Shown: positions 20,704 to 31,094 of the stretch, one piece after another
How the letters are laid out: each line of letters opens with the position of its first letter
Position numbering within the stretch: the stretch's first letter is position 1
NCBI GenBank assembly: GCA_041662965.1
Contig: JBAZRI010000004.1
Span: 7,305 to 71,304 of the forward strand
DNA length: 64,000 nucleotides
From: Patescibacteria group bacterium
GTDB taxonomy: Bacteria; Patescibacteriota; Patescibacteriia; Patescibacteriales; GWC2-42-12
Reading direction: 5' to 3'
Notes under the pieces: generated by a model
The model's database searches: none
What the model saw: only the letters and a program-made list of their open reading frames with translations
What the model was told of the DNA's origin: nothing
Made by a program: the position numbers and the translations under genes

Positions 20704-22122
20704 TTATATTCTTGGGAACAACGGCTCGCCTTTTTTAATCTCTTTAGCGCTGAATTGCTTGATAATTTTTTCTGATATAGCCGGCATAAACGGTTTTAAT
20801 AAGCCAGCCACGTTTAATATATCCTGGGCAATCGGCTCTAAAATGTTTTTGATTTCTTTTTGATCTTTTAATTTCCACGGTTTTTTATCGCTTAAAACCG
20901 TGTCGCCGTTTCTTAGCTTTTCCCATAAAACTTTCAGCGCTTCGTCAAATTTAAAATCTTGCATCTCCGTCTGATAAGCTTTGATTAATTTTTTATCATT
21001 GCCGATTTTCAATTTTAATTCCAGCTTGTTTATTTCTAATAAATTCGCGACTCGCGCCGTTAAATTACCTAGGCCATTAGCCAAATCGGCATTATATTTG
21101 TCGTCAAATTTTTCCCAGCCGATATCGCCGTCATGTCCGAAGGCGGTAGCGCTCATTATTAAATAGCGGGCGGCGTCAACTCCGTATTTTTTTATTAAAT
21201 CCCGGGGCGCGATGGCGTTACCTAAAGATTTGCTCATTTTCTGCCCGTTAACCTGAAAATGGCCGTGGACAAAGATAATTTCCGGTAAAGGCAAATTCAG
21301 AGACAATAACATGGCCGGCCAAATGGTTGAATGCACGCGCAGAATATCTTTGCTCATAAGCTGCACCGACGCCGGCCAAAATTTCGGCAGCTGCCCGGCC
21401 TCGCCGTTCCAGCCCAAACCAGTTAAATAATTTAAAAAAGCATCGGCCCAAACGTAAACCGTATGTGATTTATCCCAAGGGATGGGTATGCCCCAATTAA
21501 CGTTTTTGCGGGAAAATGATATATCCTGAAGTCCCTCCTTCTCGTAAAAACTGATAATTTCATTTTTGCGGCCGGCCGGCAGTATTTTAAATTTATCTTT
21601 TTTTATCAGCTTTAGCAATTCGTCCTGATATTTTGAAAGTTTAAAATTATAACATTCTTCGCTTATTTTTTCCGGAGCGGTTTTATGGTCCGGGCATTCG
21701 CCATTAACTAAATCGCGCTCATTTTTATATTGTTCGCAGCCGCGGCAATACAAGCCTTCATACTTTCCCAAATAAATATCGCCCTTTTCATACATAAACT
21801 GCAAAGCTTTTTGCGCGGCCGCCATGTGCGCCGCGTCAGTAGTGCGCAAAAAATTATCATGGGAAATATTTAATTCTTGCCAGGCCTGCTTAAAGGCGGC
21901 CGCGATTTGGTCCGCGTATTGCTTCGGCTCTAACTTCATTTCTTTAGCCTTGGTTTCAATTTTTGCTCCATGCTCATCCGTGCCGGTCAAAAAGAAAGTT
22001 TCTTCGCCAAGCGCGCGATGATAGCGCGCCAAAACATCAGCCGCCACCGTCGTATAAGTATGGCCGATATGCGGCACATCATTAACGTAATAAACAGGAG
22101 TTGTAATATAAAATTTTTTCAT
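20704..22122 (-). CDS. metG: Methionine--tRNA ligase (short form)
   Basis: HIGH-type PHIGHTYT and KMSKS motifs. Confidence 0.95.
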   Translation of the reverse strand: MKKFYITTPVYYVNDVPHIGHTYTTVAADVLARYHRALGEETFFLTGTDEHGAKIETKAKEMKLEPKQYADQIAAAFKQAWQELNISHDNFLRTTDAAHMAAAQKALQFMYEKGDIYLGKYEGLYCRGCEQYKNERDLVNGECPDHKTAPEKISEECYNFKLSKYQDELLKLIKKDKFKILPAGRKNEIISFYEKEGLQDISFSRKNVNWGIPIPWDKSHTVYVWADAFLNYLTGLGWNGEAGQLPKFWPASVQLMSKDILRVHSTIWPAMLLSLNLPLPEIIFVHGHFQVNGQKMSKSLGNAIAPRDLIKKYGVDAARYLIMSATAFGHDGDIGWEKFDDKYNADLANGLGNLTARVANLLEINKLELKLKIGNDKKLIKAYQTEMQDFKFDEALKVLWEKLRNGDTVLSDKKPWKLKDQKEIKNILEPIAQDILNVAGLLKPFMPAISEKIIKQFSAKEIKKGEPLFPRI

Positions 22123-22161
22123 ACAGACACTAATTTATAAATTTACTCTAATCTCTAATGC

Positions 22162-22965
22162 CTATTTTCCCACTATCACCACAAACTCCCCTTTTTGGTC
22201 ATTAGTACTGGCTTTTATTTTTTCAATAATCCGATTAATCTCTCCGCGATAAACCGTTTCGTGCATTTTTGAAAGTTCGCGGCAGACTACGACTGAAGTT
22301 AAATTTATCGGCTTATTTTCCAATTCGCCCTTTTTATTCATTTCCGTATTTTCTTCGGCCGCTTTTTTCAATTCTTCAAGAAAATGCACTATCCGATGCT
22401 TTGATTCATAAACTACCGCCGGATAATCGCTTTTTAAAATGCGCCGGATAAAAGTCTGCCGGCCCTTTTTATGGGGCGGAAAACCCATAAAAATAAATTT
22501 ATCGGTTGGCATGCCGGAAATTGACAGCGAAGCGGTTACGGCCGAAGGGCCGGGCACGGATTCTATTTTTACCCCGTTAAATAATTCCGCCTCCGGCGGA
22601 ATTCCGGCAGAGCCGGATTTAACGGGGTGAACAGCATCTTCGTTTGTTGCTATACCGAATTCTTCAATAACTCGTTGGATTAATCTTCCGCCCGGGTCGG
22701 AAATTCCCGGTGTGCCGGCGTCGGAAACTAGCGCTAAATTTTTTTCGCTGGATAATAAATTAATCACCTCTTCCACCTTATTTTCGCTGGAATGCTGATG
22801 ATAAGAAATGGTTGGCGTATTAATTTTATAATGCGCCAGCAATTTCCTGGTAACGCGCGTATCTTCGCATAAAATAAAATCAACTTCGCCTAAAATGCGA
22901 AGCGCTCTTAAACTTATATCTTCTAAATTGCCGATCGGCGTGCCAACGATATATAAAGTTGCCAT
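22162..22965 (-). CDS. rsmI: 16S rRNA (cytidine1402-2'-O)-methyltransferase
   Basis: LYIVGTPIGNLEDIS, CEDTR, DAGTPGISDPG and VPGPSA motifs; carries a 28-aa repeat-derived insert. Confidence 0.92.
   Translation of the reverse strand: MATLYIVGTPIGNLEDISLRALRILGEVDFILCEDTRVTRKLLAHYKINTPTISYHQHSSENKVEEVINLLSSEKNLALVSDAGTPGISDPGGRLIQRVIEEFGIATNEDAVHPVKSGSAGIPPEAELFNGVKIESVPGPSAVTASLSISGMPTDKFIFMGFPPHKKGRQTFIRRILKSDYPAVVYESKHRIVHFLEELKKAAEENTEMNKKGELENKPINLTSVVVCRELSKMHETVYRGEINRIIEKIKASTNDQKGEFVVIVGK
22570..22653. repeat. In-frame palindromic element inside rsmI
   Basis: CCCCGTTAAAT (22572-22582) and ATTTAACGGGG (22617-22627) flank the nested hairpins AATTCCGCC-TCC-GGCGGAATT and CCGGC-AGA-GCCGG. 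Encodes IATNEDAVHPVKSGSAGIPPEAELFNGV. Confidence 0.8.
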
Positions 22966-22974
22966 AAATAATCA

Positions 22975-24627
22975 CTACATAATTTCTTCTTTCCTCTCTT
23001 TCACATATTTAGTCCAATCTTCGGCGATATCAACAAAAATCTTAAACGGCGCTTCAATAATAAAATCCAAAACGAAAACAAAAAAGTTTATGCGGGAAAA
23101 CTTTTCATTAAGCCATTTGCCGACTTCAATAATCGGCACATAGAAAAAATCCGTGATAAAGGAAAAAATATTTTCCCGACTTTCAACAATATACATTTCG
23201 CGCGCCACTTTCCTGATTCTTAAGCTAAAAAAGCTTACTAAGGTTAAAAAGAAAAGGAAAATTATGATGCTGACAAAAGTAAAATGAATTTTATCCAAAA
23301 AATAAATTACCAGCCCGAAAGTTATGAAAAAAGTAACGGCATAAATTACGGTAAAAGTGGTGCTAACGCCTTGGCCGCGCTTTGATAACTGCCTTAAAAC
23401 TATCGGTTCTTTACGCTCTTTTTCCATAAAGACGATTTCTTCAACGCCCTGAATAATTTTTTGGGTATTGGCTTCCGACGGCGTCCTAGTGCATAACACT
23501 ATTAAAAATAATAACAAAGGCGGAAAAATTATGTTGATGGCCAAAGAATTATAATTTAAAATCTCACCCATCCATAAAGTAACCGGCACTTCAAGTATAA
23601 AAGCCAAGACCATTTTGGTTAAAAATATATAGATAATACTCCTGACCGCGGCGCGGCGCAGTTTTACCTTGGCTTCGTGATACCTTTTTTGCGTAAACTT
23701 TTTAACTAAGCGGGGGAAAGCCTTAGGATCGGCCTTAAAGCTTTCATAAACCCCTACCGGGTCATCCGAAACAACATCATTTAAAATCGTGAAATAAACC
23801 GCGTAGCGATTAATAATTTTATTTAATTGAGCGATTAGCGGATGATTCATTTGCGCGTCAATTTCCGATTTCATAGCTTCCAGGCGACTGGCTAAAAATT
23901 TTATTTCTTGATCTCCCGCCTTAGTCCAGTTGGCGTTATAATATTTAAGCAGCAAAAATTCCAGCATGTCGTCGTCAAATTTCATGAAAATCCGGTTGAT
24001 GCTAAGATATATTTGAATCTCTCGATCCGGCTTATAAATCGAGCCGTCAGGCAAAGCGATATGCTCGGACAATAATTCGTAGATATTGCCGATAGCGGTT
24101 TGCATCACCGGATTAACGTTTAACGTCTCTTCAATTTCCGCCGCCGCCAAAGTAAAAATCCATTTACCGATTTTATTCCTGACTTTTTCATCTTTAATTT
24201 CAGGCAAGCCTAAAGACCTTAAGCTTAAATATTTTTTTATGACTGCGGCTGTTTCGCCAATTTTGGTCTCCGGCAGTTTATTATTCGGCAGATAACCGGC
24301 CCTGATTAATTCCAGCAATAAATTTTTAGCAATCTCTTCGGCGTTAATAGTTTTTAAAGAACCTTCTAAGACAACCTGCCTTTTTAAATTTCTTAAAATG
24401 GAATTTTTCCTTAATAAATATTCCTCTTTATAATCAACCGAATTGCGGATTTTTTCATAATAAAAAGCTAGCCGGGAAATCAGCTCGGAAACTTTTATTT
24501 TTGGCGTATCATTATCTTCTTCCGGCTTATTTTTTTCTCGGTAGATTACCTGAAATAATTTTTTTGCGCTTTCGTTGGGAGTAAAAATTACATCTTCTTT
24601 CTTGGAAATAGTTGGATTTAAGGGCAT
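22975..24627 (-). CDS. Hypothetical protein, soluble N-terminal region plus C-terminal TM bundle
   Basis: 550-aa ORF with consistent AT-rich codon usage and several C-terminal TM helices. Confidence 0.75.
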   Translation of the reverse strand: MPLNPTISKKEDVIFTPNESAKKLFQVIYREKNKPEEDNDTPKIKVSELISRLAFYYEKIRNSVDYKEEYLLRKNSILRNLKRQVVLEGSLKTINAEEIAKNLLLELIRAGYLPNNKLPETKIGETAAVIKKYLSLRSLGLPEIKDEKVRNKIGKWIFTLAAAEIEETLNVNPVMQTAIGNIYELLSEHIALPDGSIYKPDREIQIYLSINRIFMKFDDDMLEFLLLKYYNANWTKAGDQEIKFLASRLEAMKSEIDAQMNHPLIAQLNKIINRYAVYFTILNDVVSDDPVGVYESFKADPKAFPRLVKKFTQKRYHEAKVKLRRAAVRSIIYIFLTKMVLAFILEVPVTLWMGEILNYNSLAINIIFPPLLLFLIVLCTRTPSEANTQKIIQGVEEIVFMEKERKEPIVLRQLSKRGQGVSTTFTVIYAVTFFITFGLVIYFLDKIHFTFVSIIIFLFFLTLVSFFSLRIRKVAREMYIVESRENIFSFITDFFYVPIIEVGKWLNEKFSRINFFVFVLDFIIEAPFKIFVDIAEDWTKYVKERKEEIM

Positions 24628-24693
24628 ATTATTTATCTAAAATTCAATTCTGCTGTTATTAATTTAATATTTATATAATAACATTTATCAGCT

Positions 24694-24726
24694 AAAAAAA
24701 CAAGGCGGGAAAATTACCCCGCCTTG
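24694..24726 (-). terminator. Intrinsic terminator
   Basis: CAAGGCGGG/CCCGCCTTG stem followed by a T7 run on the minus strand. Confidence 0.7.
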
Positions 24727-24750
24727 ATGATTAGCTATTTAACCGGCTGG

Positions 24751-24978
24751 CTAAAATTTAAAATATTTTTCAATTTCTTTTTTAAGCCACCAGGCCTTAT
24801 AGGCCAGATAAAAAAACATATAAGCGACGATTATGGCTAAAAGCCCTACCACCAGCTTTAGAAAAAAATCCGTCCAAACGATTAAAATCGCGGCCATAAC
24901 TAAAATTAAGCCGGACGCGAAAAAATGAATAATCGCACTGTCGGCCGCCGTCTTGATTTTTTTGAATAAATTTTGCAT
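24751..24978 (-). CDS. Small two-TM membrane protein
   Basis: 75 aa, hydrophobic, followed by a terminator. Confidence 0.6.
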   Translation of the reverse strand: MQNLFKKIKTAADSAIIHFFASGLILVMAAILIVWTDFFLKLVVGLLAIIVAYMFFYLAYKAWWLKKEIEKYFKF

Positions 24979-25026
24979 AAATTTTATAAATTATATACTA
25001 AAATACTAATAGCTGTATTATAGCAT

Positions 25027-26082
25027 CTATCCATAACTTTTAAAATACTCAAGCAATTTCTGCCTTTTTAAAAAAATATAAACCAGTAAAAAAGTCGGCA
25101 CGGTCAATAGAATTAAATTAATGCGCGGATAAAAAACCCATAAAGTAATGTCAATTACGATCCAATGGTAAATATAGATTGCCAGCGTAGAATCGCCTAA
25201 CAGCCTGATTAAAGCTAAAAAATAATTGACCGCCGGCCGCCTAAGCCTCTCCAAAAAATAAAAAATATAAATTAATAAATACATAAGAGCAAAGCTGGAA
25301 AAAACATAAAACAATTTTAAAGGGTACATCTGGCCGGAAAAACTAACCGAACCGAAATCGTTAAATTGCAATATGCCAGAAATCATAGCTAAGGCGGAAA
25401 AAATCAATAATAATCTACCCTTATACTTCTCAAAGCCCAGCATGCTTAAATAAAAACAGATTAAAAACGGCGTCAGCCAAAGAATTAAAGGAAACATAAT
25501 ATTATTTTTGGCATAAAGAAAATTCGTTATAAGGCTCGACGGCAGCGGAAAAAAATAACCAAAATAAATAACAGCGGCCGAGAGGACGCCAATCCCCAAT
25601 TTAGGATATTTAATTTTGGACAAATATAAAAATAACGGCGAAACCATTAAAAAAATTCCGATGGTTAAAATTATGGAAATCGGCGCGGTAAAAGCCTGCA
25701 ATAACAAAATATCGCTTAAATCCATTTTCCCCGCGGCAATAAACTGATTATAAAATGGCTCCGCGGAAAAATTATAAATATACAATTTTATAATATTATA
25801 TAAAAAATAAACAGCGATCAGTTCGCCGCCGCGCCTGAATAATTTTTTTGAGGCCTTAAGCATCTCGTATTTGCCGTAGGCCAAAAAAGTCAATCCGCCG
25901 GCCGTGGCGATAAAAAATAGAACGCTCGGATAAAGCAGTTCTTTAAAATAAAAAATGTTTTTTGACAAAATCAGGCCTGACCAGTCTAAGAGATGTATCA
26001 GCATGATAGAAATAATCGCCCAACCCTTAATATAGGAAAAATAATAATTGCGCTTGGTTTTTGCTTTAAAAAATACATTCAT
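25027..26082 (-). CDS. Polytopic membrane protein, acyltransferase-3-like
   Basis: ~10 TM helices; the N-terminal IKGWAIISIMLIHL pattern resembles the acyltransferase_3 family. Confidence 0.6.
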   Translation of the reverse strand: MNVFFKAKTKRNYYFSYIKGWAIISIMLIHLLDWSGLILSKNIFYFKELLYPSVLFFIATAGGLTFLAYGKYEMLKASKKLFRRGGELIAVYFLYNIIKLYIYNFSAEPFYNQFIAAGKMDLSDILLLQAFTAPISIILTIGIFLMVSPLFLYLSKIKYPKLGIGVLSAAVIYFGYFFPLPSSLITNFLYAKNNIMFPLILWLTPFLICFYLSMLGFEKYKGRLLLIFSALAMISGILQFNDFGSVSFSGQMYPLKLFYVFSSFALMYLLIYIFYFLERLRRPAVNYFLALIRLLGDSTLAIYIYHWIVIDITLWVFYPRINLILLTVPTFLLVYIFLKRQKLLEYFKSYG

Positions 26083-26085
26083 AAA

Positions 26086-27369
26086 TTAGCCCCGGCTTAA
26101 AGTTACAAACATAGCCAGGCTGGAAAAAAGCATAATGATAAAAGTCAGCCAAAGAAAAAACCGCGACAGCCGGCCGCTTTTATGTTCGCCCATTATTTTC
26201 CCGTCGCTGGCGATTTTATTAATTAAAAATAACAACGGCACGGAAACCACCCCGTTAATTACGGCGGTAAAAATCAAAGCTTTAATCGGATTAATGCCGA
26301 TATAATTAATCATTAAGCCGATAACCGTCGCCGCGGTAATAACGCCGTAAAAACCATGCGCCTTTTTAAATTTTAAATTCAAACCTTCGTTCCAGTTAAA
26401 AGCTTCCGAGACCGCGTAAGAGGCCGAAGCCGAAAGTACCGGTATAGATAAAAGGCCAAGACCGACTATGCCGAAAGCGAAAATGACTTTAGCCCATAAA
26501 CCGGCGTTAGGAAAAGTATTAACTAAAGGCTCTAGCGCCCGAGCCGCGTCAGCCGCGGTTGCGACATCAGTAATGCCGTTATTATGCAGCACGGTGCCGG
26601 CCACCACAATAATGCACCAGGCCGCGATTTGCGAAAACAGCATGCCTAAAAAATTATCCAGCCTTAGATTACGCATGAATCTTTCGCTTAATTTCGGCCG
26701 GCCGTGATTAAACAGATGATGGCTTTTTTCCTCTTCTACTTCTTCCGAAGCCTGCCAAAAGAACATATAAGGAGAAATCGTCGTGCCTAAAACTCCGACG
26801 ATGATAAATAAAAAACCAAAACTAAATTCAATATGCGGTATAAAAGTGGCCTTGATTAACTCCCGCCAAGGGTGATTAACTAAAAAAACTGTAAGGGGAT
26901 AAGCGATCAAAGATAAGGCGCACCATTTTAAAAATTTGGCATAAACTTTATACGATAAAAAAATCTCTAAAATTAAAATCAGGGCCGTAAAAAATAAAGT
27001 TAAAATACTGAAATTCAAAGGAATAACAAGGCGCGTGGCTTCGGCCATGGCGCCGATATCGGCGCCGATATTTATAGTGTTGGCGACTAAAATTAAAATT
27101 ACGGCCGAAGACAAAACTTTTTTGCTGTAATATTTTTTTATAACCGCGGCTAAACCTTTGCCCGTGACTGCGCCGATGCGCGCGCAAGCTTCCTGAACCG
27201 CGGTCATGAGCGGCAATATAAATATCATGGTCCAAAGCTGATTATAGCCGAATCTGGCGCCGGCTTGAGTGTAAGTCGCGATACCGGATGGATCATCGTC
27301 AGCCGCGCCCGTAATCACGCCCGGGCCGATTATCTTAAGAAATTTTTTCATTTTTTTAATTAATATCAT
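26086..27369 (-). CDS. NRAMP family divalent metal transporter
   Basis: GPGVITGAADDDPSGIATYTQAGARFGY signature. Confidence 0.88.
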   Translation of the reverse strand: MILIKKMKKFLKIIGPGVITGAADDDPSGIATYTQAGARFGYNQLWTMIFILPLMTAVQEACARIGAVTGKGLAAVIKKYYSKKVLSSAVILILVANTINIGADIGAMAEATRLVIPLNFSILTLFFTALILILEIFLSYKVYAKFLKWCALSLIAYPLTVFLVNHPWRELIKATFIPHIEFSFGFLFIIVGVLGTTISPYMFFWQASEEVEEEKSHHLFNHGRPKLSERFMRNLRLDNFLGMLFSQIAAWCIIVVAGTVLHNNGITDVATAADAARALEPLVNTFPNAGLWAKVIFAFGIVGLGLLSIPVLSASASYAVSEAFNWNEGLNLKFKKAHGFYGVITAATVIGLMINYIGINPIKALIFTAVINGVVSVPLLFLINKIASDGKIMGEHKSGRLSRFFLWLTFIIMLFSSLAMFVTLSRG

Positions 27370-27398
27370 GTAACTAATTATACTATATTTTAATATTT

Positions 27399-27439
27399 AA
27401 AAAAAGACGTCGGATGTCCAGCGAGACGTCCGACGTCTT
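27399..27439 (-). terminator. Intrinsic terminator after typA
   Basis: 11-bp stem AAGACGTCGGA/TCCGACGTCTT plus a T-run on the minus strand. Confidence 0.75.
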
Positions 27440-27456
27440 GATTTATCTTAATTATT

Positions 27457-29250
27457 TTATTTCACCCTAAGAGCCTTTGTCCGATCATTTTTAGTTAAAT
27501 ACATCTTGCGCAGCCGGATATTTTTAGGAGTAACTTCCAGATATTCATCTTCTTTCATAATGCCCAGTCCTCGCTCTAAAGTAATTTCGTAAGGCGGCGT
27601 CAGTTTAATGGCCTCATCCGCGCCTGAAGCGCGCATATTGGTTAACTGTTTGCCTTTAATCGGATTAACTTCAAGATCATTGCCTTTGGCTACGTTGCCG
27701 ATAACCATGCCTTCATAAACTTCAATATTAGCGCCGATATATAAAGTGCCTCGCTCCTGAAGATTCCATAAAGAAAACGCCAAAGCTTTGCCCGACACCA
27801 TGGAGACCATTGAGCCTAATTCACTTTTGAAAATTTCACCGACATGCGGCTTAAAACCGGCCACATGCGTGCAAATTATGCCCTCGCCTCTAGTATCTAC
27901 CACAAACTCATTGCGATAGCCTAAAAGTCCTCTGACCGGTATTTCAAAAACCATTCTGACGCCGGCATGCTCCGGATTCATTTCTTTCATTAAGCCTTTG
28001 CGTTTTGCCATCTTTTCAATAACTACGCCTGAAGATTCCTGCGGCACGTCAATAGTGACTTCTTCAAACGGCTCAAGCTTAATGCCGGCTTCTTCCTTGA
28101 TAATTACCGTGGGCTGGGAAACCTGCATTTCAAAGCCTTCGCGGCGCATATTTTCCAAGAGGATAGCAATATGCAATTCTCCCCGGCCGTAAACTTTATA
28201 ATAGTCTCCGGATGAAAAATCAATTTTTAAACCCACGTTTACTTCAAGTTCTTTCTCTAATCTTTCTTTTATCTGCCGGCTGGTAACATATTTGCCTTCG
28301 CGGCCGGCAAACGGAGAATTATTAACTAAAAAATTTAAGGAAATAGTCGGCTGATCAACCGAGATCGCCGGTAAAGCCTCTTGGGCGGCATCCGCGCAAA
28401 TGGTTTCGCCGATATCAATATCAGGCAATCCGGCAATCATAACGATATCTCCGGCCTCGGCAACTTTTACTTCTTTTCTGGAAATGCCTGCGAAAGTAAA
28501 TAATTTAGTGATTTTCCCGGTCCTGGTTTCTCCACTGGGCTTTTTAATTATTACATTATCCGCCTGCTTAACCGCGCCTTCATAAATCCGGCCGATAGCC
28601 AGCCGGCCGATAAAATTATCATAAGCTAAATTAAACGGCTGGATTCTTAAGGGCAATTCAGCTCCGGCGGCCGATGAAGCCGGCTTAACTTTTTCTAAAA
28701 TAGCGTCTAAGAGCGGATTTAAATTGTCGCTTTGGTCCGCCATATTCTTTTTAGCTATGCCTTGCTTGGCGATAGCGTAGACCACGGCGAAATCCAGCTG
28801 TTCATCATTCGCGCCCAAATCCAAAAATAATTCATAAATTTTTTCCAAAGTCCATTCAACTCTGGCCGCCGGCTTATCAATTTTGTTTATCACCACGATG
28901 GGTTTAAGTCCGAGTTCCAAAGATTTTTTTAAAACAAATTTGGTTTGCGGCATGGGCCCTTCCTGCGCGTCCACGACTAAAAGCACGCTATCAATGGAAC
29001 GCAAAACCCGCTCCACTTCCGAACCGAAATCAGCGTGCCCGGGCGTATCAACGATATTTATTTTAGCACCCTTATACATCACTGAAGTATTTTTTGAATA
29101 AATCGTGATGCCGCGTTCAAGCTCTAAAGCGTTTGAGTCCATGCTGACGCCCGACTCGGTCATGCCGGTTTGCTGCATTAACCTGTCGGTTAGAGTGGTT
29201 TTCCCATGGTCTACATGGGCGATAATGGCGATATTTCTAATCTCTGTCAT
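27457..29250 (-). CDS. typA: Translational GTPase TypA/BipA
   Basis: [25 protein letters not shown] and NKID motifs. True start is MTEIRN (ATG 29248-29250). Confidence 0.95.
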   Translation of the reverse strand: MTEIRNIAIIAHVDHGKTTLTDRLMQQTGMTESGVSMDSNALELERGITIYSKNTSVMYKGAKINIVDTPGHADFGSEVERVLRSIDSVLLVVDAQEGPMPQTKFVLKKSLELGLKPIVVINKIDKPAARVEWTLEKIYELFLDLGANDEQLDFAVVYAIAKQGIAKKNMADQSDNLNPLLDAILEKVKPASSAAGAELPLRIQPFNLAYDNFIGRLAIGRIYEGAVKQADNVIIKKPSGETRTGKITKLFTFAGISRKEVKVAEAGDIVMIAGLPDIDIGETICADAAQEALPAISVDQPTISLNFLVNNSPFAGREGKYVTSRQIKERLEKELEVNVGLKIDFSSGDYYKVYGRGELHIAILLENMRREGFEMQVSQPTVIIKEEAGIKLEPFEEVTIDVPQESSGVVIEKMAKRKGLMKEMNPEHAGVRMVFEIPVRGLLGYRNEFVVDTRGEGIICTHVAGFKPHVGEIFKSELGSMVSMVSGKALAFSLWNLQERGTLYIGANIEVYEGMVIGNVAKGNDLEVNPIKGKQLTNMRASGADEAIKLTPPYEITLERGLGIMKEDEYLEVTPKNIRLRKMYLTKNDRTKALRVK

Positions 29251-29369
29251 ATTTGAGGATAATAAAAAGCGCCCTAGAAGCCAGGCAACTTTATTGCTTA
29301 ATATACAATATCTTTTAAAAATAGTCAAGCTTTATCCCCACGCCTAAATTTTAGGTGTAGGGGAAAATT

Positions 29370-30044
29370 TTATTTTATCGATTGATTTTTCCCTTGATCA
29401 TCATTAGGCATTTTGTCTTTCTCAATAATATCGGAAAAATCCCTAAGGCTTTTCCATCTGGTCCGAAAATTTTCCGCTTCAAGATAGCCGGCGAATTTAT
29501 GATACTGGGAATGAGTGTGCTCTATCCGCCTGGCGTATTTTATCGGGCACCAGAATCTTTCCGTCCGGCCGCCGATTTCCACCGCGTAGCGGAATACATT
29601 ATTGACATAACTGCAATAAAGGCAATTAAATTTTTCCAGCCAGTTAAGATAAGGCAAAAGTTGGCGGTCGTAAATAAAAAATTCTTTTTTATTTACCAAA
29701 GGAATGCCGTAAATTCTGAAGCAAACTTGGTGATAAATTTCTAGGCAGATGCTAAAAAGCACCACCGGGAAAAACATGCCGTAAATAAAGGGCATGCTAA
29801 AAAGATATTTAAAATTAACCGGCCAAATCGTTTTAAAAATTCCCACCCGCCAACTTCTAAGCTTTTCACGCCTTAATTCAATTTCTTTCATTAAATTCCT
29901 TCCGCCGGCGGCTGATTCAATGGCGCTCGTAAAAGCCCGCCTGACTTCATCGTTTAATCGTTCCAGCTTATTAACGCCGATTTCTTTACTCGCGATAATA
30001 GACTGCTCTACTTTTTTAATTTTTTCCAAAAGTTCTTTTCTCAT
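29370..30044 (-). CDS. Hypothetical membrane-associated protein with Cys/His cluster
   Basis: 224 aa with CLYCSY...CPIKY...HTH. Confidence 0.65.
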   Translation of the reverse strand: MRKELLEKIKKVEQSIIASKEIGVNKLERLNDEVRRAFTSAIESAAGGRNLMKEIELRREKLRSWRVGIFKTIWPVNFKYLFSMPFIYGMFFPVVLFSICLEIYHQVCFRIYGIPLVNKKEFFIYDRQLLPYLNWLEKFNCLYCSYVNNVFRYAVEIGGRTERFWCPIKYARRIEHTHSQYHKFAGYLEAENFRTRWKSLRDFSDIIEKDKMPNDDQGKNQSIK

Positions 30045-30078
30045 AATATAAATATATAAGTTATACAGTTTATATTAG

Positions 30079-30182
30079 TTGGCTCCGCGAATAATGGCAA
30101 ATTTTCGTGCGAGGACTGTTTGAGCCCGCCAGCGGGCGGGCGAGTTCCGCAGTAGAAAATTTGCTGTTATTCGCGGAGCCAA
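30079..30182. ncRNA. Copy B of the conserved-core hairpin element
   Basis: Outer stem TTGGCTCCGCGAATAA/TTATTCGCGGAGCCAA; same invariant blocks as copy A; apical stem GCCCGCC-AGCG-GGCGGGC. Confidence 0.6.
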
Positions 30183-30219
30183 AACTGTTTTATAACAAAT
30201 ATAATTTTAATTACGCAAT

Positions 30220-30984
30220 TTAAACATGCCAGCGCTTAGATTCAAAATCATAACCCGGTTTAAAGGCCAGCCTAACCGCCTCGCGGCTTGGCTTAACTTT
30301 AACCTTTTTAACATTAGTTAAAATCTTGCTGTGGTCGGCGTAAGCCGTGGCCCGGCCTCTGCCTATTTCTACGGTTATCCCCTGATCCGGAACAACCGCG
30401 CGCAAAGATTTCTTGGTGCAAATTGATTTTATGGCCAGCTGATTGGCGCCTAAAGATATTATGGCTCCGCCGGCCGCGTAATTATAGGCCGTACTGCCCT
30501 GAGGCGTGGAAATAATAACGCCGTCGCCGTCAAATTCATGTTTGGGAAAATTTTTAGTCCCTTTAATAGCTCCGACGATACGGTCATTGCCGCGCGAAGC
30601 TTTAATGTAAAAATCATTAAAAGCATAAAAATTCTTCGCCTGCTTCGCGCCGGCCGCGGTAAACTCGCCTTTAAGCATATTAAGCTTAATTAATTTACAA
30701 GCGGAAAAATTTAAAAAAACTTTAGCCAATTCTTCGGCCGAAGCAATTTGATTTAATAAAAATCCGCTGGTGCCGCGGTTAATGCCGAAAAACGGCTTGT
30801 TATATTTTCTAAACAGGCTGATGGCGCGAAGCAAAGCGCCGTCGCCGCCCGCCACCACGAACCAATCGGCTCGCGCCGGATTAACGGCAAGCTTTAGCGA
30901 GCCGCTTAGGCCTTTTTCCTTAAACCACCTGTTTATATCTCGGTTTCGCTTATCTTGATTTGTTAATAAATATACATGTTTCAT
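30220..30984 (-). CDS. nadK: NAD kinase
   Basis: GGDGALLRA and NRGTSGFL motifs. Confidence 0.88.
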   Translation of the reverse strand: MKHVYLLTNQDKRNRDINRWFKEKGLSGSLKLAVNPARADWFVVAGGDGALLRAISLFRKYNKPFFGINRGTSGFLLNQIASAEELAKVFLNFSACKLIKLNMLKGEFTAAGAKQAKNFYAFNDFYIKASRGNDRIVGAIKGTKNFPKHEFDGDGVIISTPQGSTAYNYAAGGAIISLGANQLAIKSICTKKSLRAVVPDQGITVEIGRGRATAYADHSKILTNVKKVKVKPSREAVRLAFKPGYDFESKRWHV

Positions 30985-31094
30985 TGTTATATCTTCAAAT
31001 TTTCTTATTAATTTATCAATACATTTGCCTTAAACATAATATTAAGATACCATAAAAATAGACAAATAACTAATAAAACTATCTACCATCAATT

